DNA of 64,000 nucleotides from Methanobacteriota archaeon (GTDB lineage Archaea; Methanobacteriota; Methanobacteria; Methanobacteriales; Methanobacteriaceae). Positions 55,461 through 64,000 of the stretch are shown here, in pieces. Under the pieces are notes generated by a model, which made no database searches, was not told where the DNA came from, and saw only the letters and a program-made list of their open reading frames with translations. Positions within the stretch are counted from its first letter, which is position 1, and the number at the start of each line of letters is the position of its first letter. The stretch spans positions 32,001 through 96,000 of the forward strand of contig CAWBCJ010000001.1 of NCBI GenBank assembly GCA_963787255.1, written 5' to 3'. The position numbers and the translations under genes were made by a program.

Positions 55461-56979
55461 TTATTCAATAGATTTTTCAATAACCGATAAATCAACGTTA
55501 TCTTCAACTATTTCTGCCAGTCTATCAATTGAAAACTTCTTCAATGTTTCAAAGTTATCCTCACCGAATCCAAGAGCATCAAGACCATTTTGAACCCTTA
55601 AATAATCTGTAAACACTCTTCTAAACTTGAAATTATGGAATATGCCGTGTAAGTAAGTTCCTGAATTTAATCCATTCACTGCACCATCATATCCTGAGGC
55701 ATTATTTCCGCATCCTTTAATGATTTTAAATAGATGGTTTAGAATTTCCAAGAGTTGTTAAACCTTCATGAAGTTCGTATCCTTTAACAGAATCTCCTTT
55801 TAGAGTTTCGAACATTCCATTACCTAAAATTTCTGCTTTACTTTGAGTCACAATTTTTTCTATTTTTTCAAACTTTGTTTTAGTATCTAAAATGCCAATT
55901 CCTTCGACACTACCGTGTTTAGATTCTTTAAATGTTTTATCAATAATTTTAGTTCCAAGTATCTGGTATCCTCCGCAGATTCCAAAAATTGGGATTTCTT
56001 TTGATAATTGAAGGATTTCATCTGTAAATCCAGCTTCATTTAAAGCTATCATGTCGTTAACTGTATTTCTGGTTCCGGGAATCACTAAAGCATCCAATTT
56101 ACCCATCTCGTCTCCCATTTCAATTAGATTAATGCCCACGTCTGGTTCATATTCTAGAGGATCAATATCGGTGAAATTGGATATTCTGGGAAGTCTCATT
56201 ACTCCAATATTTATTTTCTCGTTTTTACTGTATTTTCGCTCTGAAAGAGATGCTGAATCTTCTTCAGGAAGCTTAAGGCTTTGGTCATAGGGCATGACAC
56301 CGAGAACAGGCACACCTACAATTTCTTCAATTTGACGAATTCCTGGAATTAATATGTCCAGATTTCCCCTGAATTTGTTGATTATAATTCCTTTTATCCT
56401 TTTTCTGTCCTTTTCATCTAACAATGCAAATGTACCGGCTATAGAAGCAAAAACACCGCCTCTGTCAATATCGGCCACTAAAATAACATCTGCGTCAGCT
56501 AAATGCGCTATTTTCATGTTGGCAAGGTCTTTATCCTTCATGTTAATTTCTGCGGGGGATCCTGCTCCTTCAATTACAATAATATCATATTCACTTTTTA
56601 AAGTATCTAAAGATTCTTTTATAGCTTTTAAAGCTTTTTCTCTAAAAGAAGTTTGATAATCATAGAAATTCATGTCATTAACGGGTTTTCCATGCACTAT
56701 CACCTGAGATATGAAGTCTTCTTTGGGTTTAAGTAAAATGGGATTCATGTGATAAGAAGGTTCGACCCCTGCTGCTTCTGCTTGTAAAACCTGAGCTATG
56801 GCAATTTCTGCGTTTTCATAAGTTGTATAAGAGTTCAAGGACATGTTTTGAGATTTAAAGGGTGCAACTTTATATCCTCTTTTTGAAAATATTCTGCAAA
56901 GTGCAGCAACAACAACACTCTTTCCAGCGTTTGATGATGTCCCTTGTACCATTATACATCTATTATTGTTAGAACTCAC
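55461..56979 (-). CDS. cobQ: Cobyric acid synthase (frameshift ~55730)
   Basis: QGTSSNAGKS, PFKSQNM, EGAGSPAEIN, GICGGYQ, GYELH, GTYLHG. Confidence 0.93.
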
Positions 56980-57226
56980 TGATTTGCCTCCGCTAAAATA
57001 AACAGTATTAGTTTCACTTAATCATTTACCTGAAATTAATGCTTAGATAATATATCTGTTACTATTCTTTAACTTAATAGATATTTTCATAAATTATAAC
57101 TAACATAATAAAAAAAATAGTGAATTATTATAATTCATTCAATGAAAAGATCCAGTAAAATTTATAGGCATACTGTAAAAATGATGTAATATTAACCATA
57201 ATTGAATCATTTTATGGAGGATTATC

Positions 57227-57481
57227 ATGATAAATAAAAAAGGTGAATTGCCAAAAACTGTTTTAAAGACAGAAAGCTTGTTTTATAACGAACTTAAAGA
57301 TTTTAAAGGTGAAAACGTTACAATTACAATGCTTAGCGGACATTTAATACATGCAAAGGTACTTGCCATCGAATTTAATGACTTAAATTTCATTATAGAA
57401 TATGCTGATGGAATTAAAGAAATGATAAGGGGCGGTTCAATTCAAAGTGTTAGGTTAGGATCTAAAATTGAAAAAGAATAA
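57227..57481 (+). CDS. Sm/LSm-fold small protein (putative)
   Basis: GENVTITMLSG..I..KV...LNFII...IRGGSI pattern; GGAGG RBS. Confidence 0.6.
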   Translation: MINKKGELPKTVLKTESLFYNELKDFKGENVTITMLSGHLIHAKVLAIEFNDLNFIIEYADGIKEMIRGGSIQSVRLGSKIEKE

Positions 57482-57934
57482 TATAATACACTGCACTTAA
57501 TTTGGTAATATGGAATTACAGAGAATAGTAATGTCTACTGAAAATAAGTTATTTCATTTGCAAATTATTATTATAGCAGTTGAAAGATAAAAAACCAATA
57601 TTTTAGCCTAAGCTTCTAATTTTAAATCAATTTATCCTTTTTTATTTTTAAATTAAATTCTGCAGGTGTTTTTTACTAAAAAAAGTTATATAAATAATTC
57701 CACATCAAAAAATATTGATTTATAAAAGTATAAATATGCTATTAGTCATAATAATTAACTGAATAAAAATTTAAAATATTAAATTCATTTAATTTTAAGA
57801 AAAATATTTTTTAAAGAAGAAATAGAAAAGTAGATATTTATATATACCAATAGTATATATTAATAAATTTAATATTAAAAATAAAATGTTGATTTTTATT
57901 ACAAAAATGAATAAATAGGAGGTTGTCATGAATC

Positions 57935-59827
57935 ATGGCAAATCTAAATTCAGACTCAAATTCATTTAAATTAAGAACTTATGCGAGTTCAGGGGATATT
58001 AAAGTCCCAGAAAGAATAATTGACCAGATAATTGGCCAGGAAGAAGCAGTTGAAACCGTGAAAAAGGCTGCTGAACAAAGAAGAAATGTTCTATTAATTG
58101 GAGAGCCAGGTATTGGTAAATCAATGCTTGCAAAGGGAATGGCAGAACTGTTACCAGGAGAAGAACTTCAGGACATTCTTGTTTATCCTAACATAGAAGA
58201 TAATCACAATCCATTAATTGGAGTCATGCCTTGTGGCGAAGGTAAAAAAATAGTTGCAAACTATAAAGCTAAGGCGAAAGGGCAGGAAGAAAAGAAAAAT
58301 ATGTTCACAATGATCATTATAGCCGCTATTTTGATCGTTGGATTTGTAGTAAATCAAATATTAGCAGCTATTATAGCTGCAGGAATAGTCTTCCTTGCAC
58401 TTCAACAGATGAAGCCCCGAACTTCAATTATGGTTCCAAAACTTCTTGTAAATAACGAAAATAAAGTTATTGCTCCTTTTGTTGATGCAACAGGATCTCA
58501 TGCAGGTGCTCTTTTAGGTGATGTTAGACATGACCCTTACCAGTCAGGAGGACTAGGAACTCCTGCACACGAACGTGTTGAAGCTGGAATGATTCACAAG
58601 GCCAGTAAAGGTGTTTTATACGTCGATGAAATTGGTACCATGAAAATGAAGACCCAGCAGGAACTTTTAACAGCCATGCAGGAGAAAAAATACTCCATTA
58701 CAGGACAAAGCGAAACCAGCAGCGGTGCAATGGTAAGATCTCAAGAAGTTCCATGCGATTTCGTGCTTGTAGCTTCAGGAAACCTGCAAGTGCTTGAAGG
58801 AATGCACATTGCACTTAGATCTAGAATAAGAGGATACGGTTACGAAGTTTTCATGAAAGATTCAATGCCAGATACTCCTGAAAACAGAGATAAACTGGTC
58901 CAGTTCGTAGCTCAAGAAGTCAAAAAAGACGGTAGAATACCTCATTTTAGTAAAGAAGCCGTTGGTGAGATTATAAGAGAAGCTCAACGAAGATCTGGTA
59001 AAAAAGATTCATTAACATTAAAATTAAGAGATTTAGGCGGTCTTGTAAGGGCTGCTGGTGATATAGCTAAAGGTGAAGGTATTGAATCAGTTTCATTAGC
59101 GCATGTAATCAGCGCTAAAAAACTTGCAAGAACCTTAGAACAACAAATAGCAGATCGATACATCGGACAGAGAAAATTATACAAAGTATTTAAATCTGAA
59201 GGTGGCGAAGTAGGTACAGTAAACGGTCTTGCAATAATTGGAGATAGAAGCGGTATAATACTCCCAATAGTAGCCGAAGCTGCTCCCGCACAAAGTAAAG
59301 AAGAAGGTAGAATTATTGCTACTGGAAAACTGGGAGATATAGCTAAAGAAGCTGTTCAAAACGTCAGTGCTTTAATTAAAAAACACACTGGAACAGACAT
59401 ATCAAGTTACGACATACACATACAGTTCTTGCAATCATATGAAGGCGTTGAAGGAGATAGTGCAAGTGTTTCAGTTGCAACAGCAGTTGTTTCATCACTT
59501 GAAAACATCCCTGTTGACCAGTCAGTAGCACTTACAGGTTCGTTAAGCGTTAGAGGTGACGTTCTTCCGGTTGGAGGAGTTACAGGTAAAATTGAAGCTG
59601 CTGCAGAGTCAGGGATTAAAAAGGTTCTGATACCTGAATCAAACATGAACGACGTTTTAATAGAAGAGCGCTACAAAAATAAGATTGAAATTATTCCTGT
59701 AGCAACATTAAGTGACGTTCTTGAACATGCACTTGTGGGAAAAGGCAAAAAAAGTCTCATGAACAAGATGAAGAAGATCAGCGACATTGTACCAACAGGT
59801 ATTTTACAAACCCCTACAACTCACTAA
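57935..59827 (+). CDS. lonB: ATP-dependent protease LonB
   Basis: [10 protein letters not shown] insertion, GDVRHDP, EGDSAS, K of the Ser-Lys dyad. Confidence 0.96.
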   Translation: MANLNSDSNSFKLRTYASSGDIKVPERIIDQIIGQEEAVETVKKAAEQRRNVLLIGEPGIGKSMLAKGMAELLPGEELQDILVYPNIEDNHNPLIGVMPCGEGKKIVANYKAKAKGQEEKKNMFTMIIIAAILIVGFVVNQILAAIIAAGIVFLALQQMKPRTSIMVPKLLVNNENKVIAPFVDATGSHAGALLGDVRHDPYQSGGLGTPAHERVEAGMIHKASKGVLYVDEIGTMKMKTQQELLTAMQEKKYSITGQSETSSGAMVRSQEVPCDFVLVASGNLQVLEGMHIALRSRIRGYGYEVFMKDSMPDTPENRDKLVQFVAQEVKKDGRIPHFSKEAVGEIIREAQRRSGKKDSLTLKLRDLGGLVRAAGDIAKGEGIESVSLAHVISAKKLARTLEQQIADRYIGQRKLYKVFKSEGGEVGTVNGLAIIGDRSGIILPIVAEAAPAQSKEEGRIIATGKLGDIAKEAVQNVSALIKKHTGTDISSYDIHIQFLQSYEGVEGDSASVSVATAVVSSLENIPVDQSVALTGSLSVRGDVLPVGGVTGKIEAAAESGIKKVLIPESNMNDVLIEERYKNKIEIIPVATLSDVLEHALVGKGKKSLMNKMKKISDIVPTGILQTPTTH

Positions 59828-60016
59828 TAGAAATTCAGTTTTTGAAAGGATTACTAATTCCTTTCAATTTAATTTATTTTTGCTAATACTGTTTTATCAA
59901 AAATTTTTTAAATGTTTTAAATCTAATATGATACTATAATGACATTTTTTATATTATCATTATTCATTTCTTTAAAATTATAAATTTATATTATAAAATT
60001 AAAATAGGAAGATAAG

Positions 60017-61609
60017 ATGAAAAAATTAAAATTTTTTGAATTAGATCTCTCTGAAGAGATCAAAAAGGCCATTGCAGATATGGGTTTTGAAGAGGCAACC
60101 CCAATTCAATCACTAACCATTCCCCATATTTTAGATGGAAAAGACGTTACCGGACAGGCCCAAACAGGAACCGGAAAAACTGCAGCATTTGGAATTCCCA
60201 TTTTAGAAATGGTTGATCCTGAAAACAAAAAGCTACAGGCTGTTATTTTATGCCCAACAAGAGAGCTGGCCATTCAGGTGGCTGAAGAAATAAGAAAGCT
60301 TTCAAAATACATGAAAAAAATTAATGTTTTACCTATTTATGGTGGACAGCCTATAGAAAGACAGTTTAAGGCTCTTAAAAAAGGAGTTCAAATTATTATA
60401 GGTACTCCCGGCCGTGTGATGGATCACATGAGGCGAGGGACACTTAAAATGAATAATGTGAATATTATTGTTCTAGATGAAGCTGACGAAATGCTAGATA
60501 TGGGTTTCCGTGAAGATATAGAATTTGTACTTGAAGATATGCCTGAAGAAAGACAAACACTTCTTTTTTCTGCTACAATGTCTAAGCCCATTTTAAACTT
60601 AACCAAAAGATTCCAGGAAAATCCTGAATTTGTAAAAGTCGCTCCTCAGAAAATGAATGTACCTACTGAAATTCAGCAAATTTACTTTGAAGTTAAAGAA
60701 AAGACAAAGTTAGAGCTTCTTTCACGCGTAGTGGACATATATAACCCTAAATTATCCCTAGTATTTTGTAACACCAAACGTAGAGTTGATACCTTGGTAA
60801 CACATCTCCAGGTACGAGGATATCTTGCAGATGGACTTCATGGTGATATGACCCAAAAGCAGAGAGATCGGGTCATGGGAAAGTTCAGAAAAGCACAAAT
60901 AGAAATTCTTGTTGCAACTGATGTTGCTGCACGTGGAATAGACGTGGAGGACATTGAAGCAGTTTTTAATTACGATGTACCTAACGATGATGAATATTAC
61001 GTGCACAGAATAGGTAGAACAGGACGTGCCGGTAGAAAAGGACGTGCTTTCACATTTGTTTCAGGTAGGGAAATTTATCAACTTAGAGATATACAGAAAT
61101 TCACTAAAACAAAAATTGAACAGCACAGAATTCCTTCAATTGCAGACGTTGAAGAAATTAAGACAGATATATTCTTAGAAAAAATTAAATCCATAGTAAA
61201 TAACGCGGAATTAGGTAAATATATTCATCTAATTGAACAATTGATGGAAGAAGATTATACCTCAGTTGAAACTGCTGCAGCTCTTTTAAAAATAGTTATG
61301 AATAAAGAAACCCAAATAGAAAGTTCAAGTTCTGGTGCGGACTTTGGAGATACAGGAGCCAGCTCAGGAATGGTAAGGTTCTTTATGAATGTTGGAAGAA
61401 AACAAAGAATAAAGGCAAAAGACATAATTATAGCGGTTGATCAAAATACAGGGCTTTCAAGTCAGGTAATCGGTAAAATAGATGTTTTTGACAAGTTTTC
61501 TTTTATTGAAGTTCCTGAAGAAAGTGCTCAGAATTTCCTTTCCCGTATGGATAAAGGAAAAGTCAAGGGTAAAAGTGTTAATGTAGAGCCTGCAAACAAA
61601 AGGGAATAA
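60017..61609 (+). CDS. deaD: DEAD-box RNA helicase with DbpA RNA-binding domain
   Basis: AQTGTGKT, PTRELA, DEAD, SAT, HRIGRTGR. Confidence 0.95.
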   Translation: MKKLKFFELDLSEEIKKAIADMGFEEATPIQSLTIPHILDGKDVTGQAQTGTGKTAAFGIPILEMVDPENKKLQAVILCPTRELAIQVAEEIRKLSKYMKKINVLPIYGGQPIERQFKALKKGVQIIIGTPGRVMDHMRRGTLKMNNVNIIVLDEADEMLDMGFREDIEFVLEDMPEERQTLLFSATMSKPILNLTKRFQENPEFVKVAPQKMNVPTEIQQIYFEVKEKTKLELLSRVVDIYNPKLSLVFCNTKRRVDTLVTHLQVRGYLADGLHGDMTQKQRDRVMGKFRKAQIEILVATDVAARGIDVEDIEAVFNYDVPNDDEYYVHRIGRTGRAGRKGRAFTFVSGREIYQLRDIQKFTKTKIEQHRIPSIADVEEIKTDIFLEKIKSIVNNAELGKYIHLIEQLMEEDYTSVETAAALLKIVMNKETQIESSSSGADFGDTGASSGMVRFFMNVGRKQRIKAKDIIIAVDQNTGLSSQVIGKIDVFDKFSFIEVPEESAQNFLSRMDKGKVKGKSVNVEPANKRE

Positions 61610-61675
61610 TTAATATTTCCTTTTTTTCTCATTATCTTTTTTTTTGAATTAATGATTTTTAGTAAATATTTTTTT

Positions 61676-62383
61676 TTATTTTGCTTTTCCATTTTGACAG
61701 AAATAAATACCCGGTTGCCCGGAATTCAGATTATTTTCTTTCCATACATCACAATTTATACATTTACATGTTTTGTCGGGATCAAGGTCGCTGCAAATAG
61801 CTTTTCCATTTGCACAGTACATTCCAGGGAAATCTGAAGGCTCAGGACTCATTCCCTTCATTGATATCTGCAGCATTTTCATCTTATTTTGAGCACATTC
61901 ACTTTCTTTTTGAACAGGACACTGCGGACAGAGACATCTCACCATGTTTTCTCTTTCAAACTTAATATCTGGACCAGTTTCTATTTTAGAATCTTTTGAA
62001 GACTTCTTTTGGGGAAGAAGTTCTTTATTTCGTTTGGTTATTAAAGTGCCGAGTGCGCCTCCGATAGTTCCAAGGATTCCCCAAATAATTATTGTTAGTA
62101 TGATTGCATTTAATCCTCCAACAGCTATTAATGCTTCTATTGTTCCACCAATAGATATAACCGTGATTATAGTTATAATTGCAAGTATGATGCTGCTGAT
62201 TATGCCAATAATGGCTCCATGGATGGCGCCGTTTTGAATATCTTCATTAACCATGTAGCCTACTACAATGCCTGCTAAGATTACTCCTAAATAGGAACCT
62301 ATTGTTCCTGTGATTGTTCCAAGCAGTATACCTAGTATAATTGCTAAAATAACGCCTAAAATTGTTGCTTTCCAGTTAAACAT
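61676..62383 (-). CDS. Four-TM (DUF5518-like) domain fused to DUF2769
   Basis: Gly-rich TM helices then CLCPQCPV...YCANG..C..CKCINC..YFC. Confidence 0.8.
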   Translation of the reverse strand: MFNWKATILGVILAIILGILLGTITGTIGSYLGVILAGIVVGYMVNEDIQNGAIHGAIIGIISSIILAIITIITVISIGGTIEALIAVGGLNAIILTIIIWGILGTIGGALGTLITKRNKELLPQKKSSKDSKIETGPDIKFERENMVRCLCPQCPVQKESECAQNKMKMLQISMKGMSPEPSDFPGMYCANGKAICSDLDPDKTCKCINCDVWKENNLNSGQPGIYFCQNGKAK

Positions 62384-62520
62384 GATATTTCACCATTTAA
62401 AAATATTTAGTATTCCTTTTTTTATAATTTTATTTTTTTTATTATTTAGTTGTTTTTTTAAATGCAATGGAATATGTTACTTAGGAATTTATTAATAGTA
62501 TTATTATTAATATTATTAAT

Positions 62521-63330
62521 ATGGAAAAGTACAAGGTAACTTGCGTAGAAGATAATAAAAATTTTGTAGCCACCGATGCATTTTTAAAGCTTAAAAAATC
62601 ATTTAAACAATTAAAAAACCGGAAAGGAAGAATAATACACGTAATAGGAGCTCCAGGAACTGGAAAATCAGCAAATATTTATCAAGCACAACAAGTTCTA
62701 GATTTAAACATATATAACACTAAAATGACACTAAAAAATAAAAAAATAAATCCAGAAGAAGTTTATACAGCACTTATAAATACAATGGAGCAAGATTTCG
62801 GCGTGAAAACAGAAGAAGAAGTATACAAAGAAATTTCAAAGTATGACACTATTTTATTTGCAGATGAACTACTCGATCCAGAAACATTAAACAAAGAAAA
62901 AATAGGACTAGGCCAATGGATACATGAAAATCGTTTAAAATCTATTTTTTTCTATTTTATACTCGTTTATAAATATTTAAAATATTTAAAAGAATTTAAA
63001 AAGGTAAATATTGTATTTCATACAACATGGACATTCATATTAAAAGAAACCAAATATGATTTATTAACTGATTTCAGTTTACTATCTTTAATATTTAAAA
63101 GTGTCTTAAAGCTATTTTTTGAAGTAATAGAAGTATCATACACCCCTTCAGAAACGATTAAAATAGTTAAAAGCTATTTTAAAGATATTAACGAAGAACA
63201 AATCAAAAGTTACATTAAAAAATATGGAAATAAGCCAAGATTAATACTTAATGCCCTAGAAAGCGATTTAAAACCATTAAAATCATATAATACCAATCTA
63301 ATTATCACAAACACTATCTTAAAAGTCTAA
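62521..63330 (+). CDS. P-loop NTPase of unknown function
   Basis: GAPGTGKS, ILFADE. Confidence 0.75.
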   Translation: MEKYKVTCVEDNKNFVATDAFLKLKKSFKQLKNRKGRIIHVIGAPGTGKSANIYQAQQVLDLNIYNTKMTLKNKKINPEEVYTALINTMEQDFGVKTEEEVYKEISKYDTILFADELLDPETLNKEKIGLGQWIHENRLKSIFFYFILVYKYLKYLKEFKKVNIVFHTTWTFILKETKYDLLTDFSLLSLIFKSVLKLFFEVIEVSYTPSETIKIVKSYFKDINEEQIKSYIKKYGNKPRLILNALESDLKPLKSYNTNLIITNTILKV

Positions 63331-63479
63331 AAAAAATAATAATATTACTCTAAGGTCATAGCCCCAAAACTTTTTTTTCTACATCTTTAATGCCCCAAAA
63401 AAAGGAGTTATAATCTCTTATTATTCAAAAAAAATAGTGAGAAAAAAATTAACATAATGTTAATCTTATAAATAATACT

Positions 63480-64000
63480 ATGGAAAATCAGGACCATAAA
63501 ATAATATCTTTAAAAGCCGATGAAGGTTTTGTTGTTACTGATTCATTTTTAAAACTTTTAAAAAAATTAAAAAGCCTAAAAAACACTAAAGGAAGAATAA
63601 TTTTAGTTATAGGTGCACCTGGAACTGGTAAATCATCTAATATTTATCATGCTCTCGATATTATTGATTTAAATTATTATGAACCAATTTTACTTTTAGA
63701 TAGTGTAAATAAAAGTTCAAAAGAAGTTTATATGGAGATTTATAATGTTCTAGGAAAAGATCTTCATGTGGAAAAAGAAGAGGAAGTATATAGAAAACTT
63801 TCAAATTTTGATGCGGTATTAGTTGCGGATAAATTTCTTGATTCCGAGTTTTTAGACAACAGTAAAGTAGGGCTTGCTGAATGGACCAACCATAAAACTA
63901 TATTAACTATTCCTTTCTTTTTTCTGTGGATAATTGAAGCTATAAGGCACCGAAAATTATTAAAAAACATAAATCTAGTTTTTCAAACTGCTTGGAGCAT
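63480..64000 (+). CDS. Paralogous P-loop NTPase, runs off the window end
   Basis: MENQDHK...FVVTDSFLK...GRIILVIGAPGTGKSSNIY in one open frame. Confidence 0.75.
   Translation, partial: MENQDHKIISLKADEGFVVTDSFLKLLKKLKSLKNTKGRIILVIGAPGTGKSSNIYHALDIIDLNYYEPILLLDSVNKSSKEVYMEIYNVLGKDLHVEKEEEVYRKLSNFDAVLVADKFLDSEFLDNSKVGLAEWTNHKTILTIPFFFLWIIEAIRHRKLLKNINLVFQTAWS

Overview
AT-rich archaeal DNA from a pseudomurein-walled methanogen (Methanobacteriales, Methanobacterium-like), judged from mch, an HMf-type histone, archaeal thyA/metE, PAN, LonB and a Mur ligase/MraY-like/ATP-grasp cluster. About 1-22 kb is an accessory metal/redox island: Ni/Co ECF parts, rubrerythrin, cupredoxins, Rieske protein, anchorless SdhAB plus aspartase, a rubredoxin-fused TPP enzyme, a DUF2769 array, hemerythrin and decayed PAS kinases. 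About 22-64 kb is mostly core genome. Many genes are broken by single-base indels, probably assembly errors. Main observations not in the ORF track: (1) a recurring GTAATA-N16-TATTAC palindrome with NikR-like geometry, including a perfect copy upstream of nikR; (2) two homologous candidate sRNAs under that operator, each with a hairpin followed by an anti-SD-like CCTCC; (3) a three-copy family of small basic Cys-containing ORFs, two of them divergent from PAS kinases; (4) a long hairpin in the cbiM/nikM leader; (5) a box C/D guide RNA predicted to target tRNA-Met C34; (6) two tandem tRNA-Gly genes. All calls come from reading the sequence by eye; no searches were run.
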